A stretch of 64,000 bases of DNA, taken from the NCBI GenBank assembly GCA_934086315.1, contig CAKOHZ010000002.1, forward strand, positions 168,464 to 232,463, read 5' to 3'. The notes beneath the pieces are model-generated. The model searched no databases and was not told the origin of the DNA. It worked only from the letters and a program-made list of their open reading frames with translations. This DNA is from an uncultured Bacilli bacterium (GTDB lineage: Bacteria > Bacillota_I > Bacilli_A > RF39 > UBA660). This document shows, one piece after another, positions 29,955-40,350 of the stretch. Each line of letters starts with the position of its first letter. Positions within the stretch are counted from its first letter, which is position 1. A program made the position numbers and the translations under genes.

Positions 29955-32138
29955 TTATACGTATTTTAAATAAGTATTTCTATTAGCCCCATAATTAGTA
30001 CTTACACTTTTATTTAATGAATCTATACTACCAAGAATTATTAACGAACTCTTAGCACGAGTAACAGCTGTATATATTAGTTTATTATAAAACATTCTAT
30101 TGAAACTACGAGCAAGTATTATTACAACATTAGCATATTCACTTCCCTGACTTTTATGAATACTTACTGCATATGCAAGATTAAATTTATCAAATTCCCC
30201 ACTCTTATATTCTACTATATTTCCAGAATAATCTATTTCTACAACCATCTTTTTATCAAGGTAATATATATCTCTTATATATCCAATATCACCATTATAT
30301 ACATTATTATCAACATCATTTACTAACTGTATAACTTTATCATTAATTCTAAAGTATTTATCTCCAATAACAAACTTCTCACTATTAGGATTAAATATAC
30401 TAGCCATCATACTATTTAAACTATCTATTCCATTTAACCCTTTATACATAGGTGCAAGTACTTGAAAGTTTTCACTATGAATACCCTTTTCTACTGCTTT
30501 ATTAACTATCTCACTAAGATATTTCTTGATATCATCATCACTACTTTCAATAAACTTAAAATCACTATAGTTAGTTGGAAACTTATCAAAATGTTTTCTA
30601 TTCTTAATATCATTCGCAAGATATGTAATATAACTTCCCTCTTTAACTCTATAAATAGTATTTAAATATTTATTTTTAATAGTACTAATATGTAATAAAT
30701 CATTAAGTAAGTCCCCAGGACCAATAGATGGTAATTGATTAGCATCTCCTACTAGTATTAACTTAACATTAAGTTTAAGTCCTTTTAATAATGATGAAAA
30801 TAAGAATATATCTATCATAGAACTTTCATCTACTATAACAACCTTTTCAGGTGATTTATTATATTCATCAATTAAAAAAGATTCTGTTTCTTTATTCCAT
30901 TTTAAATATTTATGTATTGTATATGCAGGAGCTCCTACACTCTCAGCCATTCTCTTACTAGCCCTTCCAGTTGGTGCAAGTAAAGCAATATCTTCATGAT
31001 TTAAATTAAGGATATCCTTTAAAATCATAACAATAGCTTTAATAATAGTTGTTTTACCAGTGCCAGGACCACCAGTAATAATAAAGAAATTATTTTCTAT
31101 TGCACCCTTTATAGCATCTTTCTGATCATTATTAAATGTTATATTATTTATCTTTTCATATTCGCTAATATAAGTATCTATTTTATTAGTTTTAATATTA
31201 CTTTTTATATCATTAATCCTATTTATATCCATAAGAATAGATTTTTCTGTATTATAAAAGTCACTAAGAGTTACATATTCATTAAATAAGACTATTTTAG
31301 CTTTTAATGCAAGACTTTCTATATATTTAAGATATTCTTCTGCACTAAATACACCTCTGAAACATCTTTTCATCTTGATAAATAATTCATCCTTTAAAAT
31401 TAATGTATCACCATTCTCATAACAACTAGTATAAATATTATGAAGTATTAATGCTTCAATTCTTCTTTTATCCATTTCATCATTATTTTTTAAGAACATT
31501 AAATCAAGTTTATCAAAATTAATATATTCAACTAAATCATATATGTTTTCTTCTATAACACTATTTAATTTACTGCCATATACAGTTATTAAATCTATAG
31601 CTTCACGCACACTAAATCCAAGTCCATTCAATTTAAGTATCAAATCTTGATTATATTCATTCTCTACTATTTTATCATGCATTCTCTTAGCTTTAGTTAT
31701 AGTCATACCACTAACAGTAGCTACATCTTGATAATTTTCTTTTATTGTCTTAATTGTATCAATTCCAAATCTTTCAACAATACGTTTAGCAGTTTTAACA
31801 CCTATTCCTTTAAACATACCACTACTAAGATATAAAACTAAACTATCTAAATCACTTGGAGCCTTAATTTCATAATTTAACACTTCATACTGACTACCAT
31901 ATTTAGGATGTTCTACAAGCCTTCCATATAATATATAATCTACGTCCATATTTACTTCAGCAAAACTACCAGTAAAACCAATAACTTTATTAACATATTC
32001 TTCCATCGCATCATCATTAGTTTCACGCACTTTAAAAATACCAACTTTATATGGTCCATTATTACTCTCATAAATAATCTTTCTAATATTTCCAAGTATG
32101 TATTTCTTCATACAAACTATATTAACACAAATACCCAA
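29955..32138 (-). CDS. recD2: ATP-dependent RecD2-like DNA helicase (SF1, RecD/TraA family).
   Basis: 727 aa. An N-terminal OB/HhH-like region is followed by a helicase core with Walker A GGPGTGKTT, motif II VIVDESSMID, and C-terminal SH3-like and motif VI regions. Confidence 0.8.
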   Translation of the reverse strand: MGICVNIVCMKKYILGNIRKIIYESNNGPYKVGIFKVRETNDDAMEEYVNKVIGFTGSFAEVNMDVDYILYGRLVEHPKYGSQYEVLNYEIKAPSDLDSLVLYLSSGMFKGIGVKTAKRIVERFGIDTIKTIKENYQDVATVSGMTITKAKRMHDKIVENEYNQDLILKLNGLGFSVREAIDLITVYGSKLNSVIEENIYDLVEYINFDKLDLMFLKNNDEMDKRRIEALILHNIYTSCYENGDTLILKDELFIKMKRCFRGVFSAEEYLKYIESLALKAKIVLFNEYVTLSDFYNTEKSILMDINRINDIKSNIKTNKIDTYISEYEKINNITFNNDQKDAIKGAIENNFFIITGGPGTGKTTIIKAIVMILKDILNLNHEDIALLAPTGRASKRMAESVGAPAYTIHKYLKWNKETESFLIDEYNKSPEKVVIVDESSMIDIFLFSSLLKGLKLNVKLILVGDANQLPSIGPGDLLNDLLHISTIKNKYLNTIYRVKEGSYITYLANDIKNRKHFDKFPTNYSDFKFIESSDDDIKKYLSEIVNKAVEKGIHSENFQVLAPMYKGLNGIDSLNSMMASIFNPNSEKFVIGDKYFRINDKVIQLVNDVDNNVYNGDIGYIRDIYYLDKKMVVEIDYSGNIVEYKSGEFDKFNLAYAVSIHKSQGSEYANVVIILARSFNRMFYNKLIYTAVTRAKSSLIILGSIDSLNKSVSTNYGANRNTYLKYV

Positions 32139-32167
32139 AAAATGACATAATAAAAGAAAAAATATTT

Positions 32168-34675
32168 CTACTTTTTCTTTATAAATTTTAATAAATTTTT
32201 ATGATAGTAAAGAACATATATAACTACTCCAATAAAACTCATAATAAGTCCTAATTTTTTAAATGGAGCTATGTATTCTATAACTATATTATGTTTACCT
32301 TTAGATAATTTAAAACCAACGTAAGCAGTGTTTACTTTTTCATAATCTACTTTTTTACCATCTACTTTTATGTTAAAACCTTTATCATATGGAAGTGTTG
32401 TTACAAAGTAACCATCTCTCTCTGTTTCTACTGAAGCATATATTTTATCACCTTTAGTTTTATCACTAATATTTACTTCAGTAACTTTATCTTTGACATC
32501 CTTTATATCATTATAATCCATATAATATATTTTAAGATTATCTATTTTATAGTTTCCTTTAAAGAAACTAATTTCCATATTATTAGAAGTATCTCCACTA
32601 ACAACATAATTAAATGTAGTATTACCATTATAATATTTCCATTCTCTACAAGTAAGTTTATTTAAGTTTCCATTTATAGTAATTCCTAAATCTCCAACTT
32701 TACAAGATTGAGGTGTTAATTCAAAACTAATAAATATTATTTTATTACGAGCTTCATCTGGTATATCTACTAACATTCTACTATTATCTTTTTTTACATT
32801 AATATTATTACCATCAATTATTATATTTGAATTAGTATATATAATATCACTTTGTCTTATAAATGTTTCTTTTATTTTAGTTTCAAAATTATTATTAGTA
32901 TTTTCAGAAGTAACAACATTATTTAAAAGTACTTCATTATTATATGGAAAACTTATCTTACTAAATTCTTTATCATTAAAGTTATTATAACTTACATACA
33001 TAAATGGAAGTACATCTGTGTTTTCATATAAACTAGCATTACCTATACTATCTATTTTTTTATATCCAGTTATATCTATATTATCTCCAATAAAATATTT
33101 ATTATTTGAAAACATTAAATACATTAAATCTTTATTAGCACTTATAATTAATCTATTTCTAGATTGCATTGGCACTTCAAAAGTATTAAACATAAATATA
33201 TTATATTCTGAATTACCTGTGGAAGAATATATGTAATCAGAATATACATTTAAGTTACCATATATATTATTAACATTTTCTAGTTTTAGATTATATAAAG
33301 TTGTATGATTGTAACCTTCGGGTATCTTTTTAACTAATGCTTCTTGATTCTTATTTTCACTATTATATATATCTTCTTTATTAACAAGAGTATCCTTACT
33401 ATTAGCTCCCAAACTATATATTGTAAGTATCACTATAGTAAATATTTTAAGTAAATATTTTGATTCAACTTTTATAGATAAAATTATCACTAGTAAGGTA
33501 ATTATAAAATCTAAATAAAATTGATCAACATAATTACTCTCTCCAATATATATTATAAGTAAAACGATTACAGATACAATTAATAATTTCTTGATATTTA
33601 TTTCCTTATCATATATTTTTTTAAACATTAGAGTTATAACATAAACATATATAGGCATAAAAGGTATTAATACTTTAGCATCTATATACATCATACCATT
33701 TAATAAATAATTTATAATTGGAAATACTATTAAACTCATTAAACAAATAAATAAAAATATATTTTCACGTTTCTTATCAAGTAATAATACTATTAGACCC
33801 ATTAATGCAAATGATGTAAGACCTATTCCATAAGAATGATACATTAGATATTTTATATTAATTTTAGGAATTAATAAATCTTTTAAACTTATACTTATTT
33901 CATTAGGTAATCTTCCATGTAATATGGCATAAAATGTTGGTACTAATAGAATGCTAGTTATGAGAATACCAATCATTATAGGTATTAAAAACTTAATACC
34001 ATCTTTCATAAAACTTTTAAATGTGATTTTTTTATTTATTATTATATATTTATAAACGCCATAAACTACTATAGACATTAATGCCGGTATACTATAATAA
34101 TAACTCATAAGTATAATAAGTATACTTGATATACAAAGAAGTCTTCCATCATTCTTTTCAAAATACTTATCTACTCCAAATAAAGCAAGTATTAAAAATG
34201 GCATATAATTCATAAACATAATATGTCTATGTGAATGAAATAATAATGGTGTCGCAGTCATAAATACAATACTTCCAAGCAAACATATATCACTACTAAA
34301 TTTATTATGTTTTAAGAAATAATAAAATAATATAACACTACTATATACAAGAACAATACTACTTACTTGTATATAACTTTTCATACTAACAAATGGAAAG
34401 AAATATGACAAAACAATAACAGGATTAAAAAGTCCATAATAACTATAATTATATATATTTTGTCCACTTCCTAAATTCAGAGCGAAATCTGGAAATATAT
34501 TTAATGTTTTATAAAATAAACTTCTAAAGTATTCAGGTATTACTGAATGTTGAGTATTCCAATCTAAAATGCTTCCATATAATGTATTATTTCTTAATAT
34601 AAAAACTATTATGCCTATAAATATAATAGTAATAACTAACAAATTAATTTTGTCCTTCTTATTAATTTTTTCCAT
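32168..34675 (-). CDS. YfhO-family polytopic membrane protein, a putative cell-envelope glycosyltransferase.
   Basis: 835 aa. About 12-14 TM helices in the N-terminal 430 aa are followed by a large extracytoplasmic beta-rich domain and a C-terminal TM helix. Confidence 0.55.
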   Translation of the reverse strand: MEKINKKDKINLLVITIIFIGIIVFILRNNTLYGSILDWNTQHSVIPEYFRSLFYKTLNIFPDFALNLGSGQNIYNYSYYGLFNPVIVLSYFFPFVSMKSYIQVSSIVLVYSSVILFYYFLKHNKFSSDICLLGSIVFMTATPLLFHSHRHIMFMNYMPFLILALFGVDKYFEKNDGRLLCISSILIILMSYYYSIPALMSIVVYGVYKYIIINKKITFKSFMKDGIKFLIPIMIGILITSILLVPTFYAILHGRLPNEISISLKDLLIPKINIKYLMYHSYGIGLTSFALMGLIVLLLDKKRENIFLFICLMSLIVFPIINYLLNGMMYIDAKVLIPFMPIYVYVITLMFKKIYDKEINIKKLLIVSVIVLLIIYIGESNYVDQFYLDFIITLLVIILSIKVESKYLLKIFTIVILTIYSLGANSKDTLVNKEDIYNSENKNQEALVKKIPEGYNHTTLYNLKLENVNNIYGNLNVYSDYIYSSTGNSEYNIFMFNTFEVPMQSRNRLIISANKDLMYLMFSNNKYFIGDNIDITGYKKIDSIGNASLYENTDVLPFMYVSYNNFNDKEFSKISFPYNNEVLLNNVVTSENTNNNFETKIKETFIRQSDIIYTNSNIIIDGNNINVKKDNSRMLVDIPDEARNKIIFISFELTPQSCKVGDLGITINGNLNKLTCREWKYYNGNTTFNYVVSGDTSNNMEISFFKGNYKIDNLKIYYMDYNDIKDVKDKVTEVNISDKTKGDKIYASVETERDGYFVTTLPYDKGFNIKVDGKKVDYEKVNTAYVGFKLSKGKHNIVIEYIAPFKKLGLIMSFIGVVIYVLYYHKNLLKFIKKK

Positions 34676-34747
34676 AACAAATCACAACAACATTTTACAT
34701 AAATACATTAAAAAAGTCAATCAAACTAAAAAGACTATTTCTAGTCT

Positions 34748-35446
34748 TTACTTAGCACCACCCACAGCAACATAGCTGTTTTTAGAAGTTTTAACTCTAC
34801 CGTAACTTCCATTATTAAAGAAATATTTAAATTCAGCAGGTTCATCATCATAATTAGTAATTATGTATAATACCCCATTATTTACTCTAACAGATTCTAT
34901 TTCTTGATTAGTAGCCCCATCTTCAAACCAAGTCCTATAATACTCACTAACATTAGTTAGTTCTTTTATTTCATCATTTTTTATAGAGTATACTTTATCA
35001 TATGTACCATCATTTATAACAAAATATTTATATTCACTATCTTCACCTTTTAGTTCTACAAATTTATATTCTTTACAATTATCATTGAAATTCTTAACAT
35101 CTTTTTCGTTTAAATGATCATAAGTATGTGTTTCATATAATTCCTTATTATTTGCATTTAGTAATTTATACCTCAAAAAATTATTTTCATATGTAATTAT
35201 ATATTTATATCCTTTTAAAATACCAATATCAATATTATTAGTACATATGATATTTTTTTCAAGAGGTAACACTTCTTCTTTATTATCATCTTTCTTAGTA
35301 TTATCATCTTGTTTATTATCTTTTAATTCATTATTTTCTGTAACTTTATTAAATCTAGTATCATAAACAATATAACCACACAATCCAACTAAACATAATA
35401 CTAATACTATAACTACTACAATTAATTTTTTGTTATTACTTTCCAT
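34748..35446 (-). CDS. Membrane-anchored hypothetical protein, tandem paralog of 35459..36250.
   Basis: N-terminal TM helix and a K/D/N-rich linker. The shared C-terminal block is YIITNYDDEPAEFKYFFNNGSYGRVKTS versus YAIMFVDNSVIEYKYVFKDGSYSREKVS. Confidence 0.4.
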   Translation of the reverse strand: MESNNKKLIVVVIVLVLCLVGLCGYIVYDTRFNKVTENNELKDNKQDDNTKKDDNKEEVLPLEKNIICTNNIDIGILKGYKYIITYENNFLRYKLLNANNKELYETHTYDHLNEKDVKNFNDNCKEYKFVELKGEDSEYKYFVINDGTYDKVYSIKNDEIKELTNVSEYYRTWFEDGATNQEIESVRVNNGVLYIITNYDDEPAEFKYFFNNGSYGRVKTSKNSYVAVGGAK

Positions 35447-35458
35447 TTTTACACCTCA

Positions 35459-36250
35459 CTACATATCTGGATATAATTCTTTGTCATAAGTATAAGCATC
35501 AGTGCTTACTTTCTCTCTGCTATAACTTCCATCTTTAAATACATATTTATACTCAATTACCGAATTATCAACAAACATTATAGCATACAAATCACCATTT
35601 TGAATTCTTACATTACTAACAGTTTCTTTTGTATTTTTATTATAAAATTCATCAATAGTACCATTATAACCATATACATCATCTAAATCTAATATTTGAG
35701 TAAAAGTATTATTCTTAATATAATAAATTTTTTCTCCAAAACCTTCATATATATGCATTTTAAAATATACTTTATCTTTATCAATAGAATTTAATTTAGT
35801 CATAGTAAGATCTAAATCATTACATTTAACTTTCTTTCCAAAATAATTATTTTCAAGATCAAAAATATCACTATATTTAAAAGTATAAAGTATATCACCC
35901 TTTTCATCTGTTATTTTTAAAATATATTCTTCATATTTACTAACTACATAATATTTATATTTTTTACCATCAAAACTTGTTTCACATTGAAGAAGTTTAT
36001 CTTTGTCTTCATCTTTTTCAGCATTAACTACTTCATCTTTTTTATCATTTTGATTATTATTTTCTTTATTATTATCTACTTGATTAGTAACATTACTCTT
36101 ATCAAAAAATTTATAATATACAATGTAACCACTTAAAGATATAATACAAACAAGTAATACTCCTATTAAAATTTTTAACCCCTTACTTTCATTCATAAAA
36201 CACACCTCTATTCTATGAAATATTTTATCAAATTCTATTTTTAAATACAA
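35459..36250 (-). CDS. Membrane-anchored hypothetical protein, tandem paralog of 34748..35446.
   Basis: Same architecture as its neighbour, with a low-complexity N/D/K linker. Confidence 0.4.
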   Translation of the reverse strand: MYLKIEFDKIFHRIEVCFMNESKGLKILIGVLLVCIISLSGYIVYYKFFDKSNVTNQVDNNKENNNQNDKKDEVVNAEKDEDKDKLLQCETSFDGKKYKYYVVSKYEEYILKITDEKGDILYTFKYSDIFDLENNYFGKKVKCNDLDLTMTKLNSIDKDKVYFKMHIYEGFGEKIYYIKNNTFTQILDLDDVYGYNGTIDEFYNKNTKETVSNVRIQNGDLYAIMFVDNSVIEYKYVFKDGSYSREKVSTDAYTYDKELYPDM

Positions 36251-36300
36251 TATTCTTTATAAAATAAATCAGGTATGATAAAATTAATATGGTGAAGTAA

Positions 36301-36540
36301 ATGAAAGATAAATTAACATTCAAATTAACAGAAGATGGAATTGAAAAAGAATACTTTATTATCAAAATGTTTACATATAATAATAAAGATTATATGATTT
36401 ACACAGAAAATAATGATACTAAAGATGTATATGCAGCTAAATATGAAATAAAAGATAACGAACTTAAACTATATGAAATTGAAACAGATGAAGAATGGAA
36501 TTATGTAGACAGCATATTATCTAATATAGGAGAAAACTAA
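36301..36540 (+). CDS. DUF1292/UPF0473 family small protein.
   Basis: 79 aa. The C-terminal LYEIETDEEWNYVDSILSNI matches the family hallmark (...IETDEEWDMVEEVL...). Confidence 0.55.
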   Translation: MKDKLTFKLTEDGIEKEYFIIKMFTYNNKDYMIYTENNDTKDVYAAKYEIKDNELKLYEIETDEEWNYVDSILSNIGEN

Positions 36541-37919
36541 TGAACGGAATAAGATTTATAGTAGATGACTATGATAGAGTCATAAAATGTGTATTTTCAC
36601 ATGATATTTATAATGAAGGCTTTAGACCACTAAGAATGGAAGCTGGAAAATTAAATTCTTTAGTCAAATTATTTGCAGATGAATATCAAAGAATAGATGA
36701 ACAAATCAACGAAGATAATATTATTTTATCTTTTTATGACGTAGATGATATGGCTCTTACAGAACTTGAAAAAATTAGCAAGGAATATGAAAAAAGATTA
36801 GAAAGAATAAGAGAAAAAGCAAGACTAGAAAAAAAAGAAGAAAAAATACATGTAGATTACACATGTAATAAGGATTACATAAAAGGTAAAAATAAAACAG
36901 TTACAAGAAATGCAAAAAGAAAAACAAGTCCAGTAGTTGCAACTATCTCTGCTCTAGCATTATCAACTATTATACTAATAGGAGCAATGCCTAAAGCTAA
37001 CACTGAAATTATTGAAATAAAAGAAGAACCAAGTATTTCTTATTCACAAAATATAGAAAATGATATTAATAAAGAGTTCAATACTCCAAAAATAGAAGTA
37101 ATTGAAAGTAATCCAAATGAGTTAAATAATCAAGATACAGAACCAATTCAAATAGAAACCAAAGAAGAGACGCAAGAACAAGCACCAGAAGAAACACAAG
37201 AAGAAACTATATCTATGAGTGAAAGTTTAGTACATTATGAAGCACCTGAAGAAGAATTAATTAACCCATTTGAAGTTAGTACAGAAGACTTAACAGAATC
37301 AGATAAATATCTAAATTGTAAAGATAAGTATTATGATTTAATAGAAAAATATTCAAAAAAATATGGAGTAGATCCAATGGTAATGCTAGCAATAGCAACG
37401 CAAGAAAGAGGAAAACATTCTGATATTGTAGATGCCAATGGCGGACTTGGATTATTTCAAGTACAAATTGAAGGTAATTGGAATTGGGATAACAAAAACG
37501 TTGTTGTATTTAATTATGATACAAACGAAAAAGAAAGAATAACAATAACAAAAGAACAAGCAAGAACATTAGAAGGTAATATAAAATTTGCCTGTGCCCT
37601 ATTTCAAAATGCGCTTAAAGAACAAAAATATAATATACCTAGAGCTATACAAAGTTATAACTACGGAACTACTTATATGGCAAATGTAATAAAGGCATGT
37701 CAAAATAACACAGGATTAACTAAAGAAGCTCTAAGTGATCCAACAAATTTAATTTGGATTAATTACAGAAATGTAGTTAGTGGTGGTGACTCTCACTATT
37801 TAGAAAATGTACTTAGATATTTACCAAACGAAACACAAATAGAAATGAAAAAACCTGATGGTGATGTTGTAATCATGACCTACGAAAACCCAACAATAGA
37901 ACATAATATGTCAAGATAA
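36540..37919 (+). CDS. Membrane protein with a C-terminal lytic transglycosylase (SLT) domain.
   Basis: Cytoplasmic N-domain, one TM helix (PVVATISALALSTIILIGA) and an E/Q-rich linker. SLT motifs are DPMVMLAIATQERG and GGLGLFQVQ. ATG overlaps the upstream stop (TAATG). Confidence 0.55.
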   Translation: MNGIRFIVDDYDRVIKCVFSHDIYNEGFRPLRMEAGKLNSLVKLFADEYQRIDEQINEDNIILSFYDVDDMALTELEKISKEYEKRLERIREKARLEKKEEKIHVDYTCNKDYIKGKNKTVTRNAKRKTSPVVATISALALSTIILIGAMPKANTEIIEIKEEPSISYSQNIENDINKEFNTPKIEVIESNPNELNNQDTEPIQIETKEETQEQAPEETQEETISMSESLVHYEAPEEELINPFEVSTEDLTESDKYLNCKDKYYDLIEKYSKKYGVDPMVMLAIATQERGKHSDIVDANGGLGLFQVQIEGNWNWDNKNVVVFNYDTNEKERITITKEQARTLEGNIKFACALFQNALKEQKYNIPRAIQSYNYGTTYMANVIKACQNNTGLTKEALSDPTNLIWINYRNVVSGGDSHYLENVLRYLPNETQIEMKKPDGDVVIMTYENPTIEHNMSR

Positions 37920-37956
37920 AAAAATACTTAAGATTATTTCTTAAGTATTTTATTTT
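37917..37956. terminator. Bidirectional terminator between convergent genes.
   Basis: Perfect 12-bp inverted repeat aaatacttaaga/tcttaagtattt, flanked by an A-run and a T-run. Confidence 0.6.
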
Positions 37957-38252
37957 AATTCTAAAGTTATATTCTTTTTAGTTAATATATTTTTAACATC
38001 TTGAGCTCTATTAAATGGAACAACTACAATATCATATTCCCAAGCATACAAATCATCATCTAAAACATCAATAGAACAAGATCTATATATTACTCTTTCA
38101 TTTAAATTAGTCGCAAATGTTTCACCAGACTTGGTATAATAACTCATTCTAGAAATAAGAGCATTCTTAAGACCACTATCACTTACATGTCTTACTGGGC
38201 AAAACTTTTTTACTTCCTCAAATTGTTCTTTTGTTAATTCTAAAAATTTCAT
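37950..38252 (-). CDS. Hypothetical protein (about 100 aa).
   Basis: Internal ATG at 38252 with AATGGTGA RBS. The longer track ORF would overlap the tRNA gene, so it is trimmed. Confidence 0.4.
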   Translation of the reverse strand: MKFLELTKEQFEEVKKFCPVRHVSDSGLKNALISRMSYYTKSGETFATNLNERVIYRSCSIDVLDDDLYAWEYDIVVVPFNRAQDVKNILTKKNITLELK

Positions 38253-38275
38253 AATATCACCATTAATAAATAATA

Positions 38276-38352
38276 TGGCGTCCATGATTGGAATCGAACC
38301 AACGACCTATCGCTTAGGAGGCGATTGCTCTATCCTACTGAGCTACATGGAC
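38276..38352 (-). tRNA. tRNA-Arg (anticodon CCT), with encoded CCA.
   Basis: Hand-folded cloverleaf with acceptor GTCCATG/CATGGAC, D-arm GCTC...GAGC and anticodon stem ATCGC/GCGAT. The loop CTCCTAA gives anticodon CCT. T-arm is GTTGG-TTCGATT-CCAAT, discriminator G, then CCA. Confidence 0.85.
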
Positions 38353-38391
38353 ACAATATTATTGTAACACTAAAAAAGACTAGATACTAGT

Positions 38392-38880
38392 CTAAATTAA
38401 TTTATAAATAGATAGAACAGTATAACAAAAATTAGCTTTAATCTCATATCTAAAAAATTCATAAAAACTTACTAACTTATCACACAAACTTACTAATAAT
38501 GATTCTTTATACTTTGGTTTAACCCTAGTAATTGGATACATATGAGTAAGTATTATATCCTCTTCTACTTCATTTATCTCAAAAAATCTTGACGCATTAT
38601 TTAATGCTTCTTTTGGATGACTCTTTAAAAAATCTTTATATCTACTATCAGTTTTATTTATATCATCAAGCGTAAAAAAATCATGCATTAGAGCACCTCT
38701 AGTACATGATATATAATCAAGACCTAATCTATATGAGAAAAAGAAACTCATCTTTGCTACTCTATTAATATGATTGAGTCTATTATCACCATGGTGCATA
38801 ATAGACTTTAACATTCTAAATTTATTCACACTATAAAACTCACTATAAATTTCATAGTATATACCTTTTCTATAATTCAT
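38392..38880 (-). CDS. HD-domain phosphohydrolase family protein.
   Basis: 162 aa. H...HHGDNRLNHINRVA...LMHDF gives the H, HD and D residues of an HD domain. Confidence 0.5.
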   Translation of the reverse strand: MNYRKGIYYEIYSEFYSVNKFRMLKSIMHHGDNRLNHINRVAKMSFFFSYRLGLDYISCTRGALMHDFFTLDDINKTDSRYKDFLKSHPKEALNNASRFFEINEVEEDIILTHMYPITRVKPKYKESLLVSLCDKLVSFYEFFRYEIKANFCYTVLSIYKLI

Positions 38881-38907
38881 TTTTTATTACCACACCTTAT
38901 TTTTTTA

Positions 38908-39279
38908 TTAAATCCATCTAGGAATATACAAATTTCTTGTAAATCCATCCATATATTTACTATATTCGTTTAAAATTGTTTTAACAATAACACCTATAAC
39001 ATCAGTTTCTTTTTTAGAAACTTTTAAAGATGTTAAAGCATTAATTAACATAGTTTTAAACTCTCTATCATCAATATATCTAACAACAGCTTTATTTAAA
39101 TCGTTAACCTTTTTTAATTCTGTTTTTTCCTTTATATTTACTTTAAATATATATGACTGAAAAATAGTTATTATTTTATCAGTCATATAATCAAGTTCAG
39201 AAAATTCTTCATTTATTATTCTATAATAATCAGGACAATATTTAAGAATAACTTTATTATCTAAATATTTATTTTTCAT
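38908..39279 (-). CDS. Hypothetical protein (123 aa) coupled to rseP.
   Basis: Its start is immediately adjacent to the rseP stop. No recognisable motif. Confidence 0.35.
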   Translation of the reverse strand: MKNKYLDNKVILKYCPDYYRIINEEFSELDYMTDKIITIFQSYIFKVNIKEKTELKKVNDLNKAVVRYIDDREFKTMLINALTSLKVSKKETDVIGVIVKTILNEYSKYMDGFTRNLYIPRWI

Positions 39280-40341
39280 TTACTTCACCACAAGTCTAGT
39301 TATATCATTAAATGTTACGTACAACATTAATAATATCATTAATGCAAAACCAACATAATTAAGTATTAATTCTAGTTTATCACTTGATTTTTTTCTAGTG
39401 ATTTTTTCTATTAATAATATAAGTACACGACCACCATCAAATACTGGTATAGGTATCAAATTAATAACAGCGACATTTATACTTAAATAAGCAGTTAAAT
39501 ATAACAATGTATTAAATCCTTGTGATTTAACATTATCTACTAAAGAATAAATACCCACTGGTCCACTTAAACTTTTAACCGGAACTTCACCAGTAAATAA
39601 ATTACCCAATATTTTTATTATTGTTTTAAAATTTGTATAGAATCCTTCAAATGCATATATAAAAGCATTTTTAAAACCTTTATAATAAGTAGTTCCACTA
39701 GATTGAATTCCGAACACTTTTACTTCTTGTCCCTCAGCCTCTTGAACTTCAGGAACTAAACTATATTCTTTAATTTCTCCATCAGCTTTTTCAATTTTAA
39801 ATATATATTCACTTTTTAACTTTTTAGCAGAAGCTTCAAGTAAGAAGTCATCCCAAGTATTAATTTTAACACCATTTACTTCAAGTATCTTATCTCCTGC
39901 TTCAAGACCAGCTTGTTCAGCAGCCATACCTTCTACTACATTATGAATAACTGGTTCACTTACAGGTCTTCCATATATTAAACCACTTACAAAAAATAAA
40001 ACTATCGCAAGTATACAATTAAATAATATACCATTTATTAATACTAATAATTTTCTTCCAAAACTTTTATTTTCAAGCACTTGATTCTTTTTTATTTTTT
40101 TATTATCAGGGTCTTCCTTTTCAGCCATAGAAACAAATCCACCAATAGGAAATGCTCTTAATGAATAAGTTGTCTCACTTTTTTTAGGTTTATATTTAAG
40201 TAATTGAGGCCCCATTCCCATAGAGAACTCATCAATATAAACTCCACCTTTTTTAGCCGCAATAAAATGTCCAAATTCATGGACAATTATTATTACACTC
40301 AAAATTATAAATAATATTAGTAATGTTATCAAGAAATTCAT
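39280..40341 (-). CDS. rseP: RIP zinc metalloprotease RseP (site-2 protease).
   Basis: HEFGHFIAAK (HExxH) in TM1, a PDZ domain and a C-terminal LDG motif (NLIPIPVFDGG). Confidence 0.88.
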   Translation of the reverse strand: MNFLITLLILFIILSVIIIVHEFGHFIAAKKGGVYIDEFSMGMGPQLLKYKPKKSETTYSLRAFPIGGFVSMAEKEDPDNKKIKKNQVLENKSFGRKLLVLINGILFNCILAIVLFFVSGLIYGRPVSEPVIHNVVEGMAAEQAGLEAGDKILEVNGVKINTWDDFLLEASAKKLKSEYIFKIEKADGEIKEYSLVPEVQEAEGQEVKVFGIQSSGTTYYKGFKNAFIYAFEGFYTNFKTIIKILGNLFTGEVPVKSLSGPVGIYSLVDNVKSQGFNTLLYLTAYLSINVAVINLIPIPVFDGGRVLILLIEKITRKKSSDKLELILNYVGFALMILLMLYVTFNDITRLVVK

Positions 40342-40350
40342 TTATACCTC

